Positions 53,385 to 62,666 of a DNA stretch of 64,000 nt are shown one piece after another. A program made the position numbers and the translations under genes. The stretch's first letter is position 1; every line of letters starts with the position of its first letter. This stretch comes from a virus: IMG/VR virus record IMGVR_UViG_3300045988_116984. The stretch is one strand, 5' to 3'. A model generated the notes under the pieces. It saw only the letters and a list, made by a program, of their open reading frames with translations, searched no databases and was not told the DNA's origin.

Positions 53385-53446
53385 GTTCTATAAATATATA
53401 AATGAACAATGAGCAAATAAATTTTTAAATAGGATGGTAATGTTTA

Positions 53447-53872
53447 ATGGAAGAATTTATTTGCCCCGTATGTGGACATCATACAAAATCTGGCGAAGAT
53501 TACGAAGCGATACTACAAACAATGAATGTAATTGGCAGAGCTGCTGGTTATCCAGAGTACAAAGCATACTGTGAAAATTGTGAAAATGTCTTTCCGATTG
53601 TAGATGATTTGTACGAAATTGAGGCAATTACAAACCTCGATGGAGAACAAAAAAAAGACGAAAAAGCACAAAGTAGAATTGGCCGTAAAGTAATTATCGG
53701 AGAACTCGAAGTTGGGAAGCGCTCTGTATTGCCGTATTGGCCTGATTTCAAGAAATATCTCCATACAAGCACCATTATGAGTATTATTTCAACGTCTGAT
53801 GCTAGCAGAATTACGTTTGAAACAATGAACTCTGTGTACTCCCTCGTTCGTGTTGATAGAGAAAATGCTTGA
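53447..53872 (+). CDS. hypothetical protein with N-terminal zinc ribbon
   Basis: CPVCGH...x29...CENCEN. Confidence 0.65.
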   Translation: MEEFICPVCGHHTKSGEDYEAILQTMNVIGRAAGYPEYKAYCENCENVFPIVDDLYEIEAITNLDGEQKKDEKAQSRIGRKVIIGELEVGKRSVLPYWPDFKKYLHTSTIMSIISTSDASRITFETMNSVYSLVRVDRENA

Positions 53873-53898
53873 CAAATGATATATGCTTGTGGTATAAT
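53869..53898 (+). promoter_or_regulatory. sigma-A-type promoter
   Basis: TTGACA (53869-74), 18 bp, TGgTATAAT. Confidence 0.7.
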
Positions 53899-53926
53899 AT
53901 CTTCATTAAGTCAAGGACGGTAACGC

Positions 53927-54676
53927 ATGAACGAACGATTCCTCAATAAACTGATTAACGGTGACTGTTATGAGGTTCTGCCAGACATTGAGGATTGTAG
54001 CATTGATTTAATTCTAACTGACCCGCCATATAATACAACAAATTGTGGTTGGGAGTGCGCCATTGATATTGATGGACTTTTTACACATTACAAGAGGATT
54101 ATCAAAGATAATGGAACAATTGTTATGTTTGGAAATAATCCTTTCACGGCCAATGTAATTGTAAGAAATCCAGATATTTACAGGTATAGTTGCGTTTGGG
54201 TAAAACCGAACGCAACAACACCACATTTAGCAAGGGTTCAACCTATGCGTAGATATGAAGATATCATGGTGTTTTATAAGAAAAAGAACCTCTACAATCC
54301 AGTTTTATCTGATGGAAAAAGGCCATATGTTTGGCGTAGTAAAAGAAGCGGCGGAGAAGCTTCTAGTATTGTTTATAAAGAAGATAAAGAGATTGTGAAC
54401 ACTGGGCAACGATTCCCAACAAATGTGTTTGAGTTTAAGCAAGAGAGAGGACTTCACTCAACGCAAAAACCTGTTCCATTATTTGAATATATAATACGGC
54501 TATACACAAATGAGGGAATGGTTGTATTAGATACATTTATGGGGTGCGGGACAACTCCAATAGCATGTATAAACACAAACAGAGTATTTATAGGCGTTGA
54601 AAAAGATAATAATATCTTTTCTACGGCGGAAAAGCGAGTTGCCGAAAGATTAAATTCGCTTGACAAAGTGGAGTAA
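53927..54676 (+). CDS. DNA methyltransferase (N4/N6 MTase family, DPPY)
   Basis: IDLILTDPPYN near the N-terminus, HSTQKP, and C-terminal DTFMGCGTT SAM-binding motif. Confidence 0.8.
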   Translation: MNERFLNKLINGDCYEVLPDIEDCSIDLILTDPPYNTTNCGWECAIDIDGLFTHYKRIIKDNGTIVMFGNNPFTANVIVRNPDIYRYSCVWVKPNATTPHLARVQPMRRYEDIMVFYKKKNLYNPVLSDGKRPYVWRSKRSGGEASSIVYKEDKEIVNTGQRFPTNVFEFKQERGLHSTQKPVPLFEYIIRLYTNEGMVVLDTFMGCGTTPIACINTNRVFIGVEKDNNIFSTAEKRVAERLNSLDKVE

Positions 54677-54689
54677 GATATGTTATAAT
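54660..54689 (+). promoter_or_regulatory. sigma-A-type promoter
   Basis: TTGACA (54660-65), 18 bp, TGTTATAAT. Confidence 0.65.
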
Positions 54690-54739
54690 ATCGTTAGTGA
54701 AATCAATCACAGCGAAAATTTTATTGGAGGCAATAGTCA

Positions 54740-56464
54740 ATGGATTTTAGAATCATTGGGGAGTTCGATGGTACACCAGCCAAATATGAGGACTTCTCAG
54801 CAAAACTTCTTGAGCCGGTGTGTCGAGAGTTTTTAAAGGATGATGTATTGGTTGTGATTTACAACCATCACATTCCTGAAAGAGCTTTCGATGATAAGGA
54901 ACTTAACGAAACTTTCGCGGATTTTATTTCGGCAAATCCAGAAGAAAACAAGAACAAAGTATTCATTGTAAACTGGGGCTGGCATCATCAGTGTGGATTT
55001 GCTGATATTCGTGAGTATATGAATCAATATCAACTTGCGAACAATGATGCCTGTATCTTTTTAAATGAAAAGAAATGTCCAGATGAATACGCTGTCAAAA
55101 ACAAGACAGGCACATCGTTGGCTTCTTGGAGAATCCATAAAGATGGATATTCGGTTCTGTATTTCTTGTGGGATGCGTTTCATGTGGTGTCAGACAACGC
55201 AAAAACCGAATGGAAGAAAGAATTTCTTGGTTTTGCCATAAACCAATTCAAGTCTGGTGTGTTTTTGGAAAAATATGGCGCTATGGAAGATGAAAGCGGT
55301 AAAGATAAACGTCTTGAGGGACGTGTTTTTACTTCAATCGAAAATAAAGCTAAGGCTGTGGTTGGTGATAGTAAAGAGTCTATCATTGAGGAAATGCTGA
55401 ATAAGGCTCCGATTAAGGAGATTGTTCTGTATTTGAATCAGTGTGCTAACACTGGCAACGTACAAAATTCTCGTCAAACTCGTAATCCATTGTTTGTAAC
55501 AAAGGAACAGGCTCGTGAATGGTTGCGTCGTTGGGCTGAGAAGAAGTGGGAATATTATGTCATGTTTGGGCATAATTTTTCTATTTCGAGGGACATCAAT
55601 ATCTCTTTGCGGCCTGACAAAGATGAAATTCTTATCAGGGCAATGATGTCGGATTTCAAACGTAAGTTTATCAAATACGCTCCGATTCTCGATATGTTCA
55701 GTGTATCGGAATTTCTTCAGAATAAAATCGGAAGCCATTCCGAGTTGAACAAGTATAAACCGATTCAGCGTGGGATGAAGTTGTCGAAGTATTTATCTGA
55801 TTTCTTCGACGATGAGGAGTTCGATATTGAGCTGTCGAAGTTTATTCAGAATAAAGAAGTAAACTCGACGGTTCATATCAGCATCAATCCGATGGACTAT
55901 ATGACGGCGAGTGTTACAAAACATGAGTGGCGTTCTTGTCATGCGCTTCACGATGGCGAGTATGGACTTGGTTGTTTGAGTTATATGTTTGATGAGGGAA
56001 GCCTTGTTGCGTTCATGGCATCTGACAGGGAATACGCATACGACCTTGATGGAAACGGAAAGCCGTTTATGTGGAACTCCAAGTCATGGCGACAGATGAT
56101 TTACGGCTCTAAGAAAGACAACATGTTTATCTTTAGTCGTGAATATCCTCAGAAGTACCAGAATGAGGCAATCACTTCTGAGATTCGCAATCTTCTCGAA
56201 TCAACGGTGGCAAAGTTCTGTGACATCCCGCATGTTTGGGTTAAGAAGAATAATGGTGCTAAAAACTGTCGTGGTACGGTTTATGAGAACGCACCAAACG
56301 CAAAGCATTATGACGATATTCCAAGCAATCAAACTGTTCTGATTCGTCATAAGATGAATATGGAATTTTCAGGGCCAATCGTTATTGGTTCAAATCCGCA
56401 TTGTCCTATCACCGGTAAACCGCTTGATGGACGAAATCGGGTATTCCATAAATCCGTTCTTTAA
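54740..56464 (+). CDS. large early protein of unknown family, paralogue 1 (574 aa)
   Basis: Shares a conserved C-terminal module with ORF 60284: GMKLSKYLS, ISINPMDYMT.S, H.W.SC, WNSK..RQ. Confidence 0.75.
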   Translation: MDFRIIGEFDGTPAKYEDFSAKLLEPVCREFLKDDVLVVIYNHHIPERAFDDKELNETFADFISANPEENKNKVFIVNWGWHHQCGFADIREYMNQYQLANNDACIFLNEKKCPDEYAVKNKTGTSLASWRIHKDGYSVLYFLWDAFHVVSDNAKTEWKKEFLGFAINQFKSGVFLEKYGAMEDESGKDKRLEGRVFTSIENKAKAVVGDSKESIIEEMLNKAPIKEIVLYLNQCANTGNVQNSRQTRNPLFVTKEQAREWLRRWAEKKWEYYVMFGHNFSISRDINISLRPDKDEILIRAMMSDFKRKFIKYAPILDMFSVSEFLQNKIGSHSELNKYKPIQRGMKLSKYLSDFFDDEEFDIELSKFIQNKEVNSTVHISINPMDYMTASVTKHEWRSCHALHDGEYGLGCLSYMFDEGSLVAFMASDREYAYDLDGNGKPFMWNSKSWRQMIYGSKKDNMFIFSREYPQKYQNEAITSEIRNLLESTVAKFCDIPHVWVKKNNGAKNCRGTVYENAPNAKHYDDIPSNQTVLIRHKMNMEFSGPIVIGSNPHCPITGKPLDGRNRVFHKSVL

Positions 56465-56487
56465 ACAATACAGATAGGAGAACTGCA

Positions 56488-57201
56488 ATGAAGATTTTAG
56501 ATGGAGCAACACGCCCCAAAATCTTTGTGGACGATTATGTGTTTGATAAGCTTTCAAAGTATGCGAAAGCTATGACACAGAGAGCCACAATTATCTGCGA
56601 CTGTATTGTTGACGGAGCAAGCGGAAATGTTGAGATTTTTGACGCAAATCTCTTTGAGCAAACAGTCGATTATATCAAAAATTCCTCGAAATATGAGGAA
56701 ATCTCCAAATATATCGGATATCGTGTTGACAAAAAGTACGGTACGATATATTCTCAGTGTATGATTCGTAATACATTGAGTTCTAACCATGATGCTTTTG
56801 ATGGGAAAGACTTTTCATATTTTGAAAAGCTGTGTGAAGTCACAGATTGGCTTATTGTTGGTGAAATTACAAAAGAGACAAGCGGTAGGCCATCATTACA
56901 TCTGTGGTATCTCGATTTGGAAAATCGAATCGCATATGGCTATTGCGACCCGTCAGGAGCAGTGAAAGATGGGTTTGATGCGACATGGGAAGCTTGTTCA
57001 GCAGATTATTATGAATATGACAAGATTCTCGAAGAAGTAAGAAAGTTTTGTAAATCAAAGCCTACTTCGTATAGTTCTTATAGCAATAACTATGGCACAA
57101 GTAAATACGGTGGTACAACCTACTACTCGTCTACTCCTGCAACACCGCCGCCCAAAAGCGAATTAAACAAGACAGACCCTGATATCTCAAAGATTGTTTG
57201 A
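56488..57201 (+). CDS. hypothetical protein with Ser/Tyr-rich tail
   Basis: 237-aa ORF, AGGAGAA RBS. Confidence 0.7.
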   Translation: MKILDGATRPKIFVDDYVFDKLSKYAKAMTQRATIICDCIVDGASGNVEIFDANLFEQTVDYIKNSSKYEEISKYIGYRVDKKYGTIYSQCMIRNTLSSNHDAFDGKDFSYFEKLCEVTDWLIVGEITKETSGRPSLHLWYLDLENRIAYGYCDPSGAVKDGFDATWEACSADYYEYDKILEEVRKFCKSKPTSYSSYSNNYGTSKYGGTTYYSSTPATPPPKSELNKTDPDISKIV

Positions 57202-57214
57202 GGGTTGATATGGC

Positions 57215-57487
57215 ATGGATGAATCGAAGAAGATTAAAACCATATACGACTTTCAAATGGCGGCTTACTTGATTTTAAATGGGTGTAAATTAGTCGATGT
57301 TGAAGAATTGTATGTTGACAAAAAGAAACGTATTATATTCTACTTTCGCAACGATTCAAAAGTGCGATTGTTAATGAGGGTGTACTACGGTTATAGAGAT
57401 AATCTGTACAATATCAGAACAGATATTCTCGAAAAACATATTGTCAGTCATTCTTCTTCAAAGAAAAGCAAAGGAGAAAGACAATGA
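57215..57487 (+). CDS. small hypothetical protein (DUF5659-like pattern)
   Basis: IYDFQMAAYLILNGCKLVDVE...IIFYFRND resembles the pattern I recall for that family. Weak. Confidence 0.5.
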   Translation: MDESKKIKTIYDFQMAAYLILNGCKLVDVEELYVDKKKRIIFYFRNDSKVRLLMRVYYGYRDNLYNIRTDILEKHIVSHSSSKKSKGERQ

Positions 57488-58362
57488 AAGGATTTAACTT
57501 TGACGGTTATAAATTAATCGTTCAAAGCCGCGAGCGCGACCTTGTTGAATATCTTGGCCGCCAGATTCCAAAGGTTTACGGCGAAGATAACTGTGTCATA
57601 ACCGACGACTACATCTTTGCGAAAGGCACAATCCCTGTAATTTTGTGTGCCCATATGGATACCGTTTTCAAGGTAGTTCCCGAAATGATTCTGTATGACG
57701 AAAAGCAGGAACTTATTTGGTCGCCACAAGGTATTGGCGGGGACGACAGAAATGGTATTTATACTATTCTGAAAATTATCAGTAAACGAGCAAAGGATAA
57801 GCTTCCGTATGTGTTGTTTACAACGCAGGAAGAATCTGGATGTATTGGTGCTAGAAAAGCGACAAAGCCGTTGAAAGCACATTCAGAGGGAATCAATTTT
57901 GCTATTCAGATTGATAGACAGGGTTCGACGGATGCCGTGTTTTATCGTTGCAAGAATCAAGAGTTCATAGATTATATATGTTCTTTTGGTTATAAGGAAA
58001 CTCCGGGTTCAAGGACAGATATTTGTGAATTTTGTCCCGACTGGAACATTGCTGGTGTAAACTTCTCGTGTGGTTATATGCATAATCACACAGAAAAAGA
58101 GATTGTAAATGTCAAAGATATGTTCCAAACAATCGAAATGATTGAAAAAATCCTCGACGATGAGGGGAACAAGAAAAAATTCCCTTTCGAGTTGAAAAGT
58201 ATCGGAAAAGGAGAAAAAAGCGCAGAAAAAAGCGTCACTAGGTTTCTTGACGATACTCAAGAGGATTATGGGGAAGTAGTGAAATATACTACTGGAACAT
58301 TCCCAGCTCAACCAAATACTGATGATGAACTTTTGTTGGCTATGTTCGGAGAAAAGAAATAA
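57484..58362 (+). CDS. Zn-dependent peptidase-like protein (M20/M28/M42 clan)
   Basis: CAHMDTV, GIGGDDRNGIY and TTQEESGCIGA metal-ligand style motifs. Confidence 0.6.
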   Translation: MKGFNFDGYKLIVQSRERDLVEYLGRQIPKVYGEDNCVITDDYIFAKGTIPVILCAHMDTVFKVVPEMILYDEKQELIWSPQGIGGDDRNGIYTILKIISKRAKDKLPYVLFTTQEESGCIGARKATKPLKAHSEGINFAIQIDRQGSTDAVFYRCKNQEFIDYICSFGYKETPGSRTDICEFCPDWNIAGVNFSCGYMHNHTEKEIVNVKDMFQTIEMIEKILDDEGNKKKFPFELKSIGKGEKSAEKSVTRFLDDTQEDYGEVVKYTTGTFPAQPNTDDELLLAMFGEKK

Positions 58363-58373
58363 GTCGATTTTGG

Positions 58374-58403
58374 TTGACAAGATACCCATTCATATGATAT
58401 AAT
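58374..58403 (+). promoter_or_regulatory. sigma-A-type promoter
   Basis: TTGACA (58374-79), 18 bp, TGaTATAAT. Confidence 0.7.
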
Positions 58404-58480
58404 ATATACAGTGGATGGGGAACTTAATTAGTGTCCGTTTTATTCACATAAATTTTATTAAACAAGGAGACAAAAACAGT

Positions 58481-58879
58481 ATGATTAAGACGAATAATGA
58501 TTTGCGAGTTGCCATGATTCTGACGGTTAAGAACGGCGATAAGTATGTTGTCGTGGCCGACGATGCTGGGCATCACGACGTCATCAACCTGATGAACGGC
58601 AAGTCCAATGGCATTGAGGTTGGCACTGGCAAGATTGCTGTGTGTGGCTCTACCAAAGGCAATCGCGACGTTGTGAAGATTGAGGAGTTCTCGGATGCCG
58701 TTCCTACTCGCAACCGTCTGTCCGAAGCTCTCAAGTTTATGACGGGTCGTCGATTCACCGAGGATTTGGTGACTGTGTGGACTGCTGAGGACCCGCGCCT
58801 GACTGCGGCAAAGGCCAAGGTTGATGCGGCGCGTAAGGCTCTGGCTGACGCAGAGCGCGAGGTTGCATATTATAGCTAA
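58481..58879 (+). CDS. hypothetical protein encoded by a GC-rich insert
   Basis: ATG 58481 after AAGGAGA. By eye the coding GC is about 50% against about 35% for neighbours; 132 aa. Confidence 0.6.
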   Translation: MIKTNNDLRVAMILTVKNGDKYVVVADDAGHHDVINLMNGKSNGIEVGTGKIAVCGSTKGNRDVVKIEEFSDAVPTRNRLSEALKFMTGRRFTEDLVTVWTAEDPRLTAAKAKVDAARKALADAEREVAYYS

Positions 58880-58893
58880 TCGGCTATAATAGA

Positions 58894-58926
58894 TAGCTAT
58901 GGAGAGGTAAACCCTCTCCATAGCTA
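58894..58926 (+). terminator. 14-bp stem hairpin (terminator-like)
   Basis: TAGCTATGGAGAGG-TAAAC-CCTCTCCATAGCTA; no clear U-run. Confidence 0.45.
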
Positions 58927-58974
58927 CATTATTGTTCAAAATTTCCGTTTGTCCCTTTGGCATAAATGAGCCGA

Positions 58975-59018
58975 GTATTAGCACCAAACATTAATGTTTG
59001 GTGCTAATACTATCTTTT
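58975..59018 (+). terminator. long-stem rho-independent terminator
   Basis: GTATTAGCACCAAACAT / ATGTTTGGTGCTAATAC (17 bp) followed by TATCTTTT. Confidence 0.6.
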
Positions 59019-59043
59019 AAGTATAATAAAGGAGGTTTTAATT

Positions 59044-59751
59044 GTGAATCTTGTATTGTTCAGTTCTTTTTACGATTCCAAAAAAGTTCGTGATTTCATC
59101 CGTGAAAAGGCAAAGCATGCCGACCCTAAAATTTGTATTATCCCATCTTTCACAAATTTTCAGGGCGTACAGTCGTCGGGAGATTATTATACATTGGAAA
59201 GAATGGGGTTTAACCCTGATAATATCTCCATGTTTGATGTTGGTTATCTCTTTGATGAAACAAAGATTGACTCCTTGAAAGAGAATGATGTTATCATTCT
59301 TGGTGGCGGTAATACGTTCTTGTTCCAGTGGCTTCTTCGTAGAGCTGGTATGCTCGATGTTCTTTCGGAGTTTGCTAAAAATGGCGGCATTCTCATTGGT
59401 GAAAGCGCCGGAAGTATTATGATGTCAGAATCCATCGAGATTGCTCGTTTTGCAGATGAAGATATTGTAGGTTCTGAAAACACAGATGGACTTGGCATCA
59501 TAGATTTTGAGATGAAGCCACATTTTGGTGGGTGGTTAAAACGCTTCCCAGAATTTGTACATTACAGTGCTGAATCAAATCAAGATTTGTATTGCCTGTT
59601 TGATGGCGGGTTTATCATTGTCTCTGATGATAATATCACACCATATGGCAACTTTATTCTTCTCCGAAAAGGTGAGATTGTCAACTTTGATTTGACAAAC
59701 CGTGAACAAGAGCGTTGTGTTTCGTCTAAACGCACTATCGAGGTACAATAA
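59044..59751 (+). CDS. peptidase S51 (dipeptidase E)-like protein
   Basis: VIILGGGNTF and LIGESAGSIM motifs; GTG start after AAGGAGG. Confidence 0.65.
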   Translation: MNLVLFSSFYDSKKVRDFIREKAKHADPKICIIPSFTNFQGVQSSGDYYTLERMGFNPDNISMFDVGYLFDETKIDSLKENDVIILGGGNTFLFQWLLRRAGMLDVLSEFAKNGGILIGESAGSIMMSESIEIARFADEDIVGSENTDGLGIIDFEMKPHFGGWLKRFPEFVHYSAESNQDLYCLFDGGFIIVSDDNITPYGNFILLRKGEIVNFDLTNREQERCVSSKRTIEVQ

Positions 59752-60044
59752 TGGTTACAAAATATGTTGTTGGACAAGAACTAGATGGAATTGTACAGCC
59801 ATGGGTGGTTGTAGATAACGAAGAACAAGCTGAACAAGTATCTCTTGTTATGAATCGTCTATATTTTGGTAATGAATCGTTTGAAGCTATTATGGCCTCC
59901 GAGAATCCGTTTGAAATGTTCGCCGCTGATGCAGGATTCACATATAGCACAGTAGAAGCAATTGATGAATCAGACACAGTAGAATCTGTAATAGCAACAG
60001 TAGCAGAAGAAATGGTGGAATGTGGTTTTGTCTATGAGGAGTAA
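59751..60044 (+). CDS. strongly acidic hypothetical protein (97 aa)
   Basis: TAATG coupling. About 25% Asp+Glu and almost no basic residues. Confidence 0.6.
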   Translation: MVTKYVVGQELDGIVQPWVVVDNEEQAEQVSLVMNRLYFGNESFEAIMASENPFEMFAADAGFTYSTVEAIDESDTVESVIATVAEEMVECGFVYEE

Positions 60045-60240
60045 ATATGCGTTTCCGTCAAAAGATGCTTTCTTAAAAGCTAAAGACGAAACGAAAGACT
60101 GGCAAAGGTACGATGTGTTTTCTCATAGGGGATATATTGACAGCAAAAACGAACTCTATTTCTTTCTTAAAGGCAAAGACAGAATAAAGGTAAGTTATGC
60201 TGAATATTTATCTATTGTTCAGTTGACAAAGAGCGAATAA
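60034..60240 (+). CDS. hypothetical protein
   Basis: ATG 60034; weak RBS; the 3' end carries the next promoter. Confidence 0.4.
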   Translation: MRSKYAFPSKDAFLKAKDETKDWQRYDVFSHRGYIDSKNELYFFLKGKDRIKVSYAEYLSIVQLTKSE

Positions 60241-60252
60241 ATATGATATAAT
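60223..60252 (+). promoter_or_regulatory. sigma-A-type promoter
   Basis: TTGACA (60223-28), 18 bp, TGaTATAAT. Confidence 0.7.
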
Positions 60253-60283
60253 AATATATAGAAAATACATATGAAAGGCAGGA

Positions 60284-61639
60284 TTGGTGGCGTTGTACAA
60301 ATGGCAAGTAAAGGGCGCATTACGCAGTGGAATGGTTCTTACTGTAAAGTCAGTTGAAGAACTTAAAAAAGAATTTGGTGAGCTTAGTTTAGTTCCGGGG
60401 AAATTCACAAATGGGATGTCTATATATTGTGGGACAAAATTTCGTGTTACTCCCGAAATTAAGGATGTCATTTGGCAAACCGCAAATGAATCCGAATATA
60501 TTCTATTCAAAAAAGATGGATATATTTTCACGGCTGCTATGCTCAAACCAAATAAAAAAGAGCTGTGTGAGCATGTTGAGACCGTTAAAGTAACAGAATC
60601 AGTCGAAGAAGATGAAGTAGTCAAAGAAATGTTGTCTAAAGTTGATTTTGAACTTATGAAACATTTCTTTGCTCTTGGTACATGGGGAACAAGCGGATAC
60701 AGCGATATACGAGATAATCTTGTAGAAGAATATCTGACAGATTGGGCAAGGAATAAAAAGTGGCTCTATCTTCTTATGGGGAGAAACCTTTCCATTAAGA
60801 AAACGATTAAAGTAAACAAAACTGAAAGGGAAATGAGCGCTTTAATCGAAGAACTTTCTCAAGAGTTTCCTGTATATTCTTTTCATTTAAAACAATTTGA
60901 AACAGAAGATGTTTTGAATAACATTATATCGCATGTTCCATGCTTTTATACTCAATATACAGATATTTGTCGTAAAGGTATGAAGCTGTCTAAATTTCTT
61001 TCACAGCTTTTGAATGACAACGCTTTTGATATTGCTTTGTCAAAAATAATGCAGAATACAAAGATTGACGCAACAGTTGAAATTTCTATCAATCCGATGG
61101 ATTATATGACAATGTCCATTCATAAACATAGATGGGCCTCATGTTATGATATTTCGCAAGGTTGTTATTCAAACTGTGCTTTTGCCATTATGCGTGATTC
61201 TGGTTCTGTTATTGCTTTTAAGCAAAATGATAAAGAATATGATTATAATTTTACTCTGAAAGATAAAGGGTTTAGTTATAAATGGAATAGCAAACAGATG
61301 CGTAGCGTTCTTTATATTGACGAGGCGACAAAGTGTATTTTTAGTTGCTTGGCTCAAGGAAGCGCTGATGATATTTACTACAATGCCATAGACTCTTTCG
61401 CTGAAGAACTATTTGTAGGAAAAGAATATGTAAAAATCAAGAAGTATAACAATTGGACTCCCAACAAAGAATTTACAACCTCTGTAAAACATGGTAAGTA
61501 CGACCATATATCGGATGATTGTAAATATGTTTTGAAACCTACTGACTCCCATCTTCCAGAAAGAATTGTGTTCGGTGTAGATGAAATCAAAAATCCAGCA
61601 ACCGGAAAAATTGTAACGACTCATACGAAGTTGAAGTGA
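60284..61639 (+). CDS. large early protein of unknown family, paralogue 2 (451 aa)
   Basis: GMKLSKFLS, ISINPMDYMTMS, HRWASC and WNSKQMRS are shared with ORF 54740; GTG start. Confidence 0.75.
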   Translation: MVALYKWQVKGALRSGMVLTVKSVEELKKEFGELSLVPGKFTNGMSIYCGTKFRVTPEIKDVIWQTANESEYILFKKDGYIFTAAMLKPNKKELCEHVETVKVTESVEEDEVVKEMLSKVDFELMKHFFALGTWGTSGYSDIRDNLVEEYLTDWARNKKWLYLLMGRNLSIKKTIKVNKTEREMSALIEELSQEFPVYSFHLKQFETEDVLNNIISHVPCFYTQYTDICRKGMKLSKFLSQLLNDNAFDIALSKIMQNTKIDATVEISINPMDYMTMSIHKHRWASCYDISQGCYSNCAFAIMRDSGSVIAFKQNDKEYDYNFTLKDKGFSYKWNSKQMRSVLYIDEATKCIFSCLAQGSADDIYYNAIDSFAEELFVGKEYVKIKKYNNWTPNKEFTTSVKHGKYDHISDDCKYVLKPTDSHLPERIVFGVDEIKNPATGKIVTTHTKLK

Positions 61640-61643
61640 TAAT

Positions 61644-62075
61644 ATGATAAAAGAAGAACTTATCGGATTTTTCCATCAAATGGATTTGGGGAAATATCAG
61701 TTTGATTGTCCTATAAAAGCAGTTTATAACGAAACACTATCTCACAAGCCCGTGTTTGAAAGAGGATGGCTGTGTTTAAACGGAAGTTTCTATAATCAGT
61801 TCCAAAGCGCTGCTTATGCTAATGATAGATTGGCAATAAAGTTTAGTTGGGGACATATATTTATTTATCCGAAACAAACCGTAAAACCCAATATTGATGC
61901 GCGAAAGTATGTTTCTGATAAAGTTTGTGATAACACAATAGATATCGGTTGGATTGTATCTTCAGGAGACAACACTCCTGTTACTATAAGATATAATGAT
62001 GTTCCAATTACATCCATTACTGGAACACCAGCTAATTTTAGGTACACCGTTATATCTTTCACGCCAATAAGGTAA
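61644..62075 (+). CDS. hypothetical protein
   Basis: 143-aa ORF 4 nt after the previous stop. Confidence 0.65.
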   Translation: MIKEELIGFFHQMDLGKYQFDCPIKAVYNETLSHKPVFERGWLCLNGSFYNQFQSAAYANDRLAIKFSWGHIFIYPKQTVKPNIDARKYVSDKVCDNTIDIGWIVSSGDNTPVTIRYNDVPITSITGTPANFRYTVISFTPIR

Positions 62076-62099
62076 AAAAATATAAAAAATGGTGACATA

Positions 62100-62609
62100 A
62101 TGGATTATTTTATATCTGATTTACATTTTGGGCACAAGAACATCATTGAATATGAGAAACGCCCATTCAGAAGTGTTGAGCACATGAATGATGAGCTTGT
62201 GAAAAACTGGAACAAAGTTGTAACCGGCAACGACACTGTGTTTTGTCTTGGTGATGTTTCGTTTTGCGGAGCAGAACTTACAAGAAACTATGTCAGTGCG
62301 TTGAATGGTAAAAAGATTCTTGTTATGGGGAACCATGATAGAATCAGAAAACCTGATTGGTGGGCCGAGAAAGGATTCCAAGAAGTATATAGGTTTCCTA
62401 TTATTTATAAGGACTGGATTGTTCTTGGACATGAACCACCTGTCTATATGTGTGATAGTTCGCCATATTATTTCATGTATGGACATGTACATGGGAGTGA
62501 AATGTATAAGACTATCACCAGAAGAAGTGCTTGTGTATGCGTAGAGAGGTGGAATTATACACCGGTTTCATTTGAGCGCATTCAAGGGCTATGGAACACA
62601 ATGGAATAA
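62100..62609 (+). CDS. metallophosphoesterase
   Basis: SDLHFGH, GDVSF, GNHD and GHVH motifs. Confidence 0.75.
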   Translation: MDYFISDLHFGHKNIIEYEKRPFRSVEHMNDELVKNWNKVVTGNDTVFCLGDVSFCGAELTRNYVSALNGKKILVMGNHDRIRKPDWWAEKGFQEVYRFPIIYKDWIVLGHEPPVYMCDSSPYYFMYGHVHGSEMYKTITRRSACVCVERWNYTPVSFERIQGLWNTME

Positions 62610-62610
62610 T

Positions 62611-62640
62611 TTGACACAAACGTGTGTCGTGTGGTATAAT
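62611..62640 (+). promoter_or_regulatory. sigma-A-type promoter
   Basis: TTGACA (62611-16), 18 bp, TGgTATAAT. Confidence 0.7.
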
Positions 62641-62666
62641 ATAGGTACAGTAAAGGAGGGCAGGAT

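Noticed and set aside
58424-58987. 187-aa minus-strand ORF overlapping the GC-rich gene
   Set aside because: The plus-strand ORF has a consensus promoter, an AAGGAGA RBS and downstream terminators. The long antisense frame is expected from the elevated GC.
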